Part shown: piece after piece, positions 52,467-64,000 of the stretch
How the letters are laid out: the number at the start of each line of letters is the position of its first letter
Numbering within the stretch: position 1 is the stretch's first letter
From: Eledone cirrhosa
Lineage: Eukaryota
Assembly (NCBI GenBank): GCA_964016885.1
Contig: OZ024746.1
Coordinates: forward strand, 81,654,001-81,718,000
Length of the DNA stretch: 64,000 nt
Reading direction: 5' to 3'
Notes under the pieces: model-generated
The model's input: the letters and a program-made list of their open reading frames with translations, nothing else
What the model was told of the DNA's origin: nothing
The model's database searches: none
Translations under genes and position numbers: made by a program

Positions 52467-52810
52467 GGAGGTACATGGCTTAGTGGTTAGAGCATTAGCC
52501 TTGCAATTGAAAGGTTGTGAGTTCAATTCTCAGACCGGGTGATGTGTTGTTTCCTTGAGCAAGACACTTTATTTCACATTGCTCCAGTTTACTCAGCTGT
52601 AGAAATGAGATGATAGGGACTGGGGTCCATATCATTCCACTGCAAAGTGGTCGTGTAGGTGCCACGGCCAAAAAGCACCCAGCACTCACTGTAAATGAGG
52701 TTGGTGTTAGGAAGGGCATCCAGCTGTAGAAATCAAGCCAGAATCAGTTCCCGTCCCACCCTTGCAAGCAGGGAAAAGCGGACGTAAAATGAAATGATGA
52801 AAATGATGAT
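52467..52810 (+). mobile_element. SINE family B with RTE-type tail
   Basis: tRNA head, core CCTTGAGCAAGACACTTT, RTE 3'-UTR tail and (GAT)n end. Confidence 0.85.
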
Positions 52811-53814
52811 ATATATATATATATACTGTATAAATATATACTCACACACATCATTTCATCATTTTCACATACACATATATTTATATAAAGCACTATAGTT
52901 AACATGAATCATTGGGAGATATGTAATAAGTGATAAGGAACAAACACAACTCCTATGAAGTTAGCAAGAAAAGATCCATATATTCCAAATTTTATAGAAA
53001 GGATGCCTGCAGGAATCTGTTTGTACACCACAATTCTGCTTTTCTCTACAGACCCAAAATCTACTACAGAAGGAATGAAATCTCTTGGATATGGAACAGA
53101 TGCAGCAAGGGTAGCAACAAAATCACCAGTATGGGAGAATTACAAAGAGTTCCCATATCATCATTATATGGGCAGTGATTGGCTGTATCGATAGTTACAT
53201 CATGCTTCACAGCAGATAGTTACAGTCTTTTACATTCTAAGTTCAAATCCCACTGAGGTTAGCTTTGTCTTTCATCCTTATGAGGCTGATAAAATAAACT
53301 ACATCCCCCAGATTGTTGGCATTGTGCCTAAATCAGAAACTTCATCATCATCATCATCATCATCATCATGACCATTTAACATCCACTTTTTCATGCCAGC
53401 ATGGGCTAGACGAGTTGTCCCATTGTGAAACAAGCCAGATCAGATGACAGTGTCTTGCTTATACAGAACTGATTTTGCCTTGGTTTCTATGGCTGAATGC
53501 TCTTCCCAACGCCAACCACATTTACAGTGTGTACCGAGTGCTTTTTTTCATGGCACCAACCATTATTATTATCATTATCAGTGTCGGACACCATGCTTCA
53601 CAAAATAGCGTTGCAGCTCTTTATGGTCCAAGTTCAAATCCCGCCAAGGTTAGCTTTGCCTTTCCTCCTTACGGGGTCAATAAAATAAAGTACCAGTCAC
53701 ATAGTGCGGTCGATTTAATCGACTTTCCCCTCCTCCCAATTTGTTGGCCTTGTGCCGATATCAGAAACCATTATTATTATTATATGTATGTACATATATA
53801 AGTGTGTGTATGTA

Positions 53815-53869
<55 letters not shown>

Positions 53870-54104
53870 TCATCCTCATTTTATGTCCACTTTTCCCTGC
53901 TTATATATGTGTGTATATATATATATATACATATATACACACACACATATACTTAGTAATGACAGTCAGGAGAATGAGTACTCAATACCATAGTAGCGAT
54001 TTATTAAAGCCAAACTTGCATCTTTATTTTGGAAGTTTTCCTGTGTATTCGAATGACTCTATGAGTACACAGGTGAAACAAGACTCAAGCTTGACCTTAA
54101 TGAA

Positions 54105-54730
54105 GTAAAGTGGTATGTAGGAGTCATGACAAAAAGCACCCAGCACACACTGTAAAGTGGTCATGTAGGAGTCATGACAAAAAGCACCCAGCACACACTG
54201 TAAAGTGGTCATGTAGGAGTCATGAGAAAAAGCACCCAGCACACACTGTAAAGTGGTCATGTAGGAGCTATGACAAAAAGCACCCACCACACACTGTAAA
54301 GTGGTCATGTAGGAGTCTTGATAAAAAGCACCCAGCATACACTGTAAAGTGGTCATGTAGGAGCTATGACAAAAAGCACCCAGCATACACTGTAAAGTGG
54401 TCATGTAGGAGTCATGAGAAAAAGCACCCAGCACACACTGTAAAGTGGTCATGTAAGAGTCATGACAAAAAGCTCCCAGCACACTGTAAAGTGGTTATGT
54501 AGGAGCTAGGACAAAAAGCACCCAGCATACACTGTAAAGTGGTCATGTAGGAGCTATGACAAAAAGCACCCGGCATACACTGTAAAGTGGTCATGTAGGA
54601 GCTATGACAAAAAGCACCCAGCCCACACCATAAAGTGGTCATGTAGGAGTCATGACAAAAAGCATCCAGCACACACTGTAAAGTGGTCATGTAGGAGTCA
54701 TGATAAAAAGCACCCAGCACACACTGAAAA
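54105..54730. repeat. Diverged 48-bp minisatellite, about 13 copies, inside an RTE-tail repeat
   Basis: Unit GTAAAGTGGTCATGTAGGAGTCATGACAAAAAGCACCCAGCACACACT, homologous on the reverse strand to the 45218-46540 unit. Confidence 0.9.
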
Positions 54731-55921
54731 TGTGGTTGGTGTTAGGGAGGGCATCCAGTAGTAGAAAACCGAGTCAGAAACAGTTCTGTATGAGCAAGAC
54801 ACGGTCACTTGACAACCCATTTGACCCATGTTAGCGTGGAAAATGGACGTTAAATGATGATGATATATATATATACATATATATGTGTGTGTGTGTGTGT
54901 TTGTATCTGGTTTAGAGTAGGTAAACCATATCCCTGTATAAAAGAGTTAGTGTCAGCAAGTGCATCCAGCTGTAAAACATTACCTCAAAAGATCCTGTCC
55001 AACCCATGCCAGCATAGAAAAATCAATATAAAAACGATGATGATGATGATGACAAGGACACAAGCTTAGAAAATTTCTCATATATGTCACATGTGTATCC
55101 ATAGAAATATAGAGGGTATGTATACAGTTTTTTGGGACAACCTGTATTTATATTTACAGCTTTGTTTTTAATTGGTTTTCTTTCAAGGTTTTCTTTCAAG
55201 ATTTTCTTTAAAAAGTAAAAGGCTGCCTAGTCATCCCTGTCCTTAGGAGCAACTGACAGGCAAAAGGTATATAAAGACAAGAAGAGGTGACAAGCATTCT
55301 TGTTAAACACATATACAAAATAGTTCATACGAAGGGTTTAAGTTGTCAGTCACATAGTATATAAGTTTGGTCTTAACTTGTATTTCTTATATTTTTTATT
55401 AATTGGCAAGAATATCTATTAGTGAGAAAGCAGGACATTCTCATTTATCTGTATATTGTTGTTGCTGTTGTTGTTATTATGATTATTATTATTATTGTCT
55501 GCATCAGACCAGATTATGCCCAACACACCTGACATTTACAAGAAGAATAAAGAACAAGGAATAAAATAATGATAGCAAGAAGAAAAAAAGAAAAAAGGAA
55601 AACAAGTCAATCAGAAGAAATAAGGGGGGAAAAAGAATTTAAAAAAAAAAAAAAAAAATTGAAAGCTCCTATGGAAAGGACATTTCTTTTTACATGACTC
55701 CCTCCACTTCCATTCTCTATTTTCTTTACCCCCCCCCCTATTTCCTTTCCTTTGTATATTTCTATAGATATTTACTACTTCTAATTTCTTTGACGAGTCT
55801 TTTCATTCTTCCTTTTATATATATATATATATATATATTTATTTATGTATTATATATATATTTATATTTATATATATATATTTATTTATGTATTATATAT
55901 ATATTTATATTTATATATATA

Positions 55922-55978
<57 letters not shown>

Positions 55979-56550
55979 TTATGTATTATATATATATTTA
56001 TATATATATACAGTTCAATGAGTTTTAATTGAGGCCTTATTGATGTTAAGAAATACTGGAATATAGAAGAATACTCTGACCTGTGCCATCACATTCAAAC
56101 ATTCTATCATACAAAAACAACAATAATGAATTCATTGCCTGTCCCTTCCACTTGCATTCAAGAACTCAAATCCACACTCACCCCCATCTTCAAGCCAAAA
56201 GAAAGTAGGGCTGGGTATATTTTAAATATACCACCATGAGCATTAAGTGAAGTCCCATTGATTTCCTGGTAAACAGGTTGTCATTGTCTTATATCTTAGA
56301 ACAAGCATGGCACTGAGTATATGTTTAAAGTTTAAAGTCCATCCCAAGGCCAGAAATCATCAGGCTGGTGCTTATCCCAATTTCTGTGGTGTAAAGCAAC
56401 ATCCCCCTGGACAAGATGCCAGTCCATCGCAGAGTTAAACCCTCAGTTAATGCTGGTACTCATTTTCAGCTGAGTATACTGGAGCAACATGAAATGAAGT
56501 GTTTTGCTCAAGAACAGAAAACACAACAGGAACTGAAGCCATGACATTAT

Positions 56551-56731
56551 GATTGGCAGTATCGGTGGAGGGTCGGACACCATGCTTCCCAGCATAGTTA
56601 TGTCCCTTTATGGTCTGAGTTTAAATCCCGTCGAGGTTAACTTTGTCTTTCATCCTTACGGGGTCGATAAAATAAAGTACCAGTAATGCACTGGGTAATT
56701 GCTGGCCTTGTGCCAAAAAGTAGAAACAATT
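56551..56731 (+). mobile_element. SINE family A
   Basis: Matches the family A consensus. Confidence 0.85.
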
Positions 56732-56989
56732 ATGATCATAAGTCTAACACCCTTACTATTAGGCCATGCACCTTCACAGTATATGGGACCAAGATATATA
56801 CCACTCACTAAGTCAGTCTCCTTCAAATTCATGCAATGGGTCAAGCTGATAAGAGAGCTTCTAAGGGGTCACTCTATCTGCTAAAAACAGCAGCCAAATC
56901 CTCCCATCCCTAAAATAATATACTGCCACCTTGAAAGACACATTGAATATCTAGAATACACTATAAATTATTATAGATAGAATGTTTTT

Positions 56990-57727
56990 CTTCATGGGAC
57001 TGTTTAGCCAAGGCTGACCCACTTCATAGGACTGTTTAGCCAAGGCTGACCCACTTCATAGGACTATTTAGCCAAGGCTGACCCACTTCATAGGACTGTT
57101 TAGCCAAGGCTGACCCACTTCATAGGACTATTTAGCCAAGGCTGACCCACTTCATAGGACTGTTTAGCCAAGGCTGACCCACTTCATAGGACTATTTAGC
57201 CAAGGCTGACCCACTTCATAGAACTGTTTAGCCAAGGCTGACCCACTTCATAGGACTGTTTAGCCAAGGCTGACCCACTTCATAGGACTGTTTAGCCAAG
57301 GCTGACCCACTTCATAGGACTGTTTAGCCAAGGCTGACCCACTTCATAGAACTGTTTAGCCAAGACTGACCCACTTCATAGGACTATTTAGCCAAGGCTG
57401 ACCCACTTCATAGGACTGTTTAGCCAAGGCTGACCCACTTCATAGGACTGTTTAGCCAAGGCTGACCCACTTCATAGGACTATTTAGCCAAGGCTGACCC
57501 ACTTCATAGGACTATTTAGCCAAGGCTGACCCACTTCATAGGACTGTTTAGCCAAGGCTGACCCACTTCATAGGACTATTTAGCCAAGGCTGACCCACTT
57601 CATAGGACTATTTAGCCAAGGCTGACCCACTTCATAGGACTGTTTAGCCAAGGCTGACCCACTTCATAGGACTATTTAGCCAAGACTGACCCACTTCATA
57701 GGACTGTTTAGCCAAGGCTGACCCACT
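56990..57727. repeat. 32-bp minisatellite, about 23 copies
   Basis: Unit GGACT(G/A)TTTAGCCAAGGCTGACCCACTTCATA, with no spacers. It runs into the family C tail CTAAACAAGAACAAC. Confidence 0.95.
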
Positions 57728-58379
57728 AAACAAGAACAACAATAGACTCTCTGGGTACATGCAGATCATTGTTGAATGCAGAAAGAGAGGGAAAGTGTGT
57801 GTGAAAACATAAATATCATCATTTTTCTGACTATTCATATATATATATGGAAAAGGTTTTGTTAACTCTTTTGTAACCGTATTTCTAATGAAATACACTC
57901 TATTTCAATTAATTAATGAAGAATTTTGAAAGATTTACTAAAGTTATTGTTTAATTAATTTTAGAAAATATCAAATAATTTTAGAAAATATCAAATAACC
58001 ACATGACCTATGAGTTTCTTTCCCCAAAGATGTGCTCCTATGTAAAATTTCAGTCACCCAGGTGTAAAACTGTGGCCTACAACTTGTTCAGTTTTATATG
58101 TAACAATGTTGATTTAGCTTGCACTATTGAATTAGAGCCAAAATAAATACATGCAAACACACACGCAAACACATGCATACATCATCCATCCATCCATCAT
58201 CATCATATAGATAAATACATGACCATGTACACACTACCAGTTAGATAAGTGACGACAACATTACCATCATCAACATCATAATCAATAGTATTGTGATGTC
58301 CATTTCCCATGCTGATATGAGTTTGGATAGGTCTACTATACATGCAGTTATCTTGAGAAATAACATATAGGGTGAAAGA

Positions 58380-58640
58380 GCAGCTGAGTATTAAAGGCAT
58401 CAGATAATGTAATATGGGTGAGATGTCAAGATGACTGCACTAGTATAAAAAATTGATGACAAATGTTGGGTGAGAAAATAGCATGTGGTGATAGAGGAAG
58501 ATGTTTGTGACAGAGGTAAGCCAAAAAGGACATGGGAATAAGTAGTGAAGTCAGATTGCAAGATGTTCAATTTCACTAACAAGATGACAAAGGACTGAGA
58601 CAAGTGGCAACATGCTGTACAACACACCCACCTATGATGA
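58380..58640 (+). pseudogene. RTE LINE 3' remnant
   Basis: Peptide remnant GKPKRTWE..VKSDCKM..DKWQHAV. Confidence 0.55.
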
Positions 58641-58648
58641 TGTAGCCA

Positions 58649-59111
58649 TTAACCCTTTAGTATTTACATTACTCTATATTTACTATTGTATTTTTGTGGT
58701 AAAGGCTTTACCTCTTATAATTATCTCACATAATATCAAATCTATGAAATTTTGATATTATTTATTTTAAGAACAATATCTTAATATCAGTATGAGCAGC
58801 TGGTTACTGCCGGTTTGACCAGAAAGAGTCAAGAGAATTCTGGCCAGATACGGCCAGTTTAAATATTAAAAGGGTTAACGCTTTTGATACCAAACCACCT
58901 GAAACTGTACCTCGTTCTATCATACAAAAAAGTTTATTTTAAAGCATTGATACCAAATATTTCATCATAATTCTATGTAAGAAGCTTTGTTAATTATGTT
59001 CTAAACACCAGCTTAATGAGATAGTCATATTACTTTAAATTCTTGAATAGTTTCAAAATCATTTGGAAATCATAGGCAGTCTCATTAGAAATATGGTAAT
59101 GAAAGGGTTAA
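58649..59111. mobile_element. Two adjacent piggyBac-like MITEs sharing one TTAA (58875-58878)
   Basis: TTAACCCTTTAG...AAAAGGGTTAA followed by TTAACGCTTTTGATACC...GGTAATGAAAGGGTTAA. Confidence 0.7.
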
Positions 59112-59247
59112 AGCTTTAATTTGACAATGAGCATTGCATACACACACAACATACATATGTACACACACTCAAAGGTGAGTACATATGACATTTAGTTTCT
59201 TTTAACCCTCAGGGTCAAGGTCACATTGGACCACTATATATATATAT

Positions 59248-59400
59248 AGGAAAATAGTCAAGACCCCGACGGCTGAGCTCCGGCCGGATCTAGCTGTCGA
59301 AACAGCCAGAGCTCAGCTGTTGGGGTCCTGACTCTTTTCTTATTACCCACTCTACTACCCTAAGTATTGAGTACTCTGGTGCGTTATGGTCCACCTGGTA
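59248..59400 (+). mobile_element. Hairpin-headed non-autonomous element, third copy
   Basis: AGTCAAGACCCCGACGGCTGAGCTC...GAGCTCAGCTGTTGGGGTCCTGACT plus the shared tail. Confidence 0.7.
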
Positions 59401-60480
59401 TATATACATACATATATATATACACACACATTTGTACACACACACAGAAATGGATTTTCAATAGATGATAATGATGATTTATCTATTAACTGCTTAACAT
59501 ATTACATATATGTATGTATCTTTAGAATTATAATCTAAAGTAGAAATACAATTTTAGACACAAGGTAAAAAGTAAAAGCTGACCTAAGGCTAAAGAACAA
59601 CTTCTCTCTCTCACACAGTAAAAGTAAGATTGATCTGACCAGTTTCTTGTCTTTTGAGAATTTCAAAGAAAGAATACCCATCTTCAGTCCACAGAGAAAT
59701 TATCAGCTTATAGCAAGTTATTGTGTATAACTATAATGTGGCTTAGTGGTTAGGGCATTCATCTCACAAACCCGAAGTCACTGAGTTTGATTTCTGGGCT
59801 TAGAGGCACATTATGTACTTAAGTAAGACATTTTCTTTCACATTGCTCTTGTCCACTATGCTAGAAAAAATGTGACAACACTAGTGCAAAGCTGCTTCAG
59901 AGATTAGCATATACAAGCATCTGCTAGTCTTTCACAAAACACCTTGCCCGGGCTTGCACTTTGGAGAGGAACTTTCCAGGTACAAGCTCATGATCAGTTG
60001 TGAACCCTCCTCCTAGTGTATTTAAACTAAGACTCAGTTAAAGTAGCCAATGCTGCCAAGGTAGATTAATTATGTAATTCACAGTGTAATATGAACAAAT
60101 TGTATCCTTGTTTAGTTGAAGCTTAGTTTGTATGCACTATAAATAACTATAAGCTACTAATCTCTCCAAAACAGAAGATGTCTATTATTTCTCTGGTGAA
60201 TCCTGAAAAAGATTATAAACTAGTCAGATTTAAAAAAAAAATTTTTTTACAATTTAGTCAGGGAAGAAAGGGCAGTGTTCATGACCCTTTTCAAGGTGTC
60301 TGAGACTAGTGGCAAGGAACAAGGTATGTATACTCAAGCCTGGAGTCCTGGTCTGAAAATGTGGATTTGGTAAAATGTAACCAAATGTCAAGTGGTGGTG
60401 CTAAATTGAGCAATAGATTAGGTCTTCCAACCAAGTAGGCCACACAAGAATTTGATCTCACTATGTAAAAAGCTGGAACA

Positions 60481-60663
60481 AATAATTATTTCTACTTTTG
60501 GCACAAGGCCAACAATTATTCCAGTGCATTACTGATACTTTATTTTATCAACCCCATAAGGATGAAAAGCAAAGTTAACCTTGGCAGGATTTGAACTCAG
60601 ACCATAAAGGGCCATAACTCTATGCTGCAAAGCATGGCGTCCAACCTTCTATCGATACTGCCA
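60481..60663 (-). mobile_element. SINE family A, CpG-decayed copy
   Basis: Matches the consensus but has TCAACCCCATAAG in place of TCGACCCCGTAAG. Confidence 0.8.
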
Positions 60664-61549
60664 GGAACAAATAATGCAGGAAACTCAACTGATGCTCTAT
60701 TCATTCTGCTAATCTGGTACTCTATCAACCTGGTGGGAACTGAACTCAAAATACAGAGGAATGGAGCACATAGCACAAGCCATTTTGTTATATGCTCTAA
60801 CAACTCTGCCAATTTGCTATCCAATTGGTTCACATTTTTTCTATCCAATGGGAGGTAAAATGTGGTGTAACTACCGTGTTTACTTTTCACAGCAAGTTTA
60901 TTAAAAGGTATATGTTAAATTGTCTAATGTGTAATGCACTATGCATTCAGTAATGTATCTTTATCTGTCAGTCTTTGAATGAGTGTGCATTTGTGTGTAA
61001 GTGTGTGTACATGCATGTGTACATTATTTATGTTTTTTGCATGTCTCTGTTATCTAAGTATCTATATATTCATATACCTAGACATGTATGTGTGTATATA
61101 TACAACATATAAATATATTTTTACGTTGATAAATTAACAGGCAAATATACACAGACACATACAAACACATATAGACACATTAACACACATGTGTGTGAGT
61201 GTGTAAGTGTATCACCATCACATGATGCATGTGAAGAGGAATACAGAGGCATGTGTTTGGCAGGAATTGTCAGTGGGTCAAGGTTAGGGAAGGAGAAAAA
61301 ATTGCTGTGGAATAAAACAAACAAGCCAGTTAGCAATTAGGCCGCCAATCAACAGGCTTCATGGCAAGCAGAAAAAACAACAACAATACAAACATAAACA
61401 AAAAAAAAACATCATATAAAGAAGCTATATGGAGATATTATAGACAAGGTCTAGCTTTCTGTTTATAAGGTTTGATGAATTTGCCTTTGTAAAATACCCA
61501 TAAGAGTCCTTTGTACTGTGCCTTGCCACAGAAGAATTGTGTGTGTGTG

Positions 61550-61586
<37 letters not shown>

Positions 61587-61607
61587 ATGAGTGAGAGTGT
61601 GTATGTG

Positions 61608-61668
<61 letters not shown>

Positions 61669-62099
61669 ACTGTTTAGCCCAAGGTCAGCTCTGATCCAGC
61701 AAACCTATGATCATTCCAACAGTGACCATGCTGTATTTTTCCTATATGCAAGGAATCCAGGACCACATTATCCAGTGTCTTCTTTTTTCTTTTTTTTTTT
61801 GTAAATGGCAAATGTTATTTGAAGGATATTTGGCTGCTATTTCTAGCAAATTGAGTGATCAGATTTGTTGGCTTGGAAGAAAGTAGCTGGGAAGGGTGAT
61901 GAGCAGCTTACAGATTTAGGAAGTAGAAACAAGTTGTTAGTTCTTGCAACAACTGATAATGCAAGCATTCATATGGTTTTGTTGCTGTTGTTGATGTTTC
62001 TACTGTTGTTGCTATTGCTATTTTTAACATTTAGTATAGGGGCCTTTTTCAGGATCATTTCCCCTCTTTTACCCCACACATCCCCCTTCTTCTTCTAGC

Positions 62100-62330
62100 T
62101 TTCTATGGAGCATGGTATGATGAGAAATCTCCACTCCCATGATCCAAGCCTACTCCCAGGTCATCTTCCACAGACAGCAACCAGGTTTTGACAGGTCCCT
62201 TCTGGAGACTTTCATTGCTCTATACAAGGACATGTGTAGCACATAGCCAAGCATCTTTCAGTCTTACAGCGATGATATACCCTAGACTACAATGCTGGAC
62301 CCTTTCCATGTGGCTATTCCAAGAAATTTT
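62100..62330 (-). pseudogene. RTE-like LINE remnant
   Basis: Peptide remnants MLGYVLHM and KTWLLSVEDDL. Confidence 0.45.
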
Positions 62331-62594
62331 ATGGCCCTACATATGGAAGACATTTACAATTCTATAGATTCTGATATACATATATATGTAAATCTCTCTC
62401 TTGCATATATATATACATATGAAGGTGCATGGTTAGTGTGTCGGGCTTAAAATCATGAGGTTGTGAGTTCAATTCTCGGACTGGGTTTTGCATTGTGTTT
62501 TTAGGCAAAACACTTTATTTCATGTTACTCCAGTTCAATCAACTGGAGAAATGAGTTGCGATGTTACTGAAGTTGTATCGGGCTTTACCGATAG

Positions 62595-63345
62595 GAGTGT
62601 GAGATAAAAGATTGTTTCTTTGATATGAGCAGTGATTGTATTTTTGTTGTGAGACTGGATTGTCATGTCTCCATTGGAGGAGTTAAAGTCTCTGTAGAGG
62701 TTAGGTGTTAGGTCACATATGGATGTTGCATATGTGTCAGAGGTTAAGGAGAAGTGAATAATGGTATCATTTGCATAAGAATATTGTTACAGCAAGTAAA
62801 TTGTTCATATACAAAGGAACAAATGTGGGACACATCAGATTGGATAGAATGTGTGAGTCAGAGAAAACCCTATCAGTATATGCTTCAATCTGACAGGTAA
62901 CTTTCAATCCAGAAGATATGGATGAAGCCTTAGGTAGGAAGTTTAACTGACTAAGTTAAAGGCTTTACTGATCTCCAGTGCAATAATATTGCTCTTGCTG
63001 AACTTTTCAGGGATGAGACACTATTGGTAAGTGACATAAAAGAGCAGAGGCCATTGGAAAGAAAGTCTCTATAATAATCAAACTGCGTTATTGAGTAGGA
63101 AGAGAGACTGAAGGTGTTGGAGAAACTGGTTGTTAACAGCAATTTTCTCATCTTTGTGTGTTGGAAGTGATAAAGATAGTTCAATATTTTGGCAAGGTTA
63201 GAGAGGTTGGTGTTCTTAGTGAAGAGCCACATTGTAGCAATTTTTGAAAGATGGTGATATAATTGTGTAAAGAGAGAACATCAAAGAGTTTAGCAAGTAT
63301 AACAGTTATCTTTGGAGCAAGCCATTTAAGTGTAATGCAAGTGGT
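62595..63345 (-). pseudogene. Heavily decayed CR1/Jockey-group reverse transcriptase
   Basis: Peptides LAPKITVILAKLF, QFDY (QFGF-like), a KAF remnant, LFLC and YSYANDTI (YADDT-like), in canonical RT order. Confidence 0.7.
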
Positions 63346-64000
63346 GTGGATGCAGCTTAGCTGAATGGTTAAGAAGTTTGCTTTGTAATTATTAGGTCTC
63401 AAGTTAGTCCCCACTGCATGTTATCTTGGGCGAGTGTCATGGTTGACCCATGCCTTGTGAGTGAAATTTGGTAGACAGATAGTATTTAAAAGCCCATTGG
63501 ATGGACTGTACCTGCAATTCAAAAGGCTGGTCTTGTCACATACTATGTCATGCTGATTCTCCCTGTAATTACATTGCAGTTACACATGACTATGGAATGT
63601 TCAACCACTTACATATGAATTTCATGAGCAGGCTGTTTCATTGACTGAACAATTGGAAAATTCACTGTCAAAACTGATCAAGAGCCATTCCAATGAAAAG
63701 GACAAATGAAATATACTATGGTCAGGAGTGTGACCTCATAAATTAAACTGAAGTATAAAACATGAGGTGTACCGATATATAAAATTCTATGTAGATGTTT
63801 ACTGAAACTACAATGATCCATCAAGGACCAAAGGTTAGCTCTATTGACATGGCAATAAGATGAGGAATAAATGTTACCCTGGAGAAGATACCAGGCTATT
63901 TTCAGTAACATTCTCATATGACACAATAGCTTGCACCTAGAAAGTTTCCCTCTGCATGACAAGCCCAGTAAGAGTGTTTTGTGGAATGCTAACAGTTGCT

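Noticed and set aside
52930-53194. Short ORFs with a strong plus-strand acceptor
   Set aside because: No recognisable homology, and no PUDP motifs seen in the frames I translated.
56990-57727. CRISPR-like array (32-bp repeats; also the 48- and 49-bp arrays)
   Set aside because: The units are head-to-tail with no unique spacers, there are no cas genes, and the context is eukaryotic.

Overview
AT-rich, repeat-dense eukaryotic DNA. The SINE families and (TA)n/(CA)n load suggest a coleoid cephalopod, probably an octopus (inference, not a database result). The only host coding sequence I recognise is the last coding exon of a pseudouridine-5'-phosphatase gene (PUDP/HDHD1, minus strand, 44169-44372); no upstream exon is recognisable up to 64000. 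The rest is tRNA-derived SINEs, truncated non-LTR retrotransposons of several clades (RTE, L1/Tx1, CRE, R4/Dong, CR1/Jockey-like), Penelope-like elements, hAT/mariner/piggyBac-type MITEs, a probable non-autonomous Helitron, microsatellites and four TE-derived minisatellites. The most notable signal is a set of minimal type-I hammerhead ribozyme motifs: four with intact cores (3955-4021 -, 6820-6885 -, 7075-7140 +, 17962-18011 +) plus decayed or half copies. Two of them form a head-to-head inverted pair beside an orphan RFX/CRE promoter-like site. Also notable are an apparent CpG-depletion boundary near 27.5 kb and several long hairpins. Nearly all long ORFs in the supplied track are artefacts of simple repeats. 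All coordinates were read by eye.
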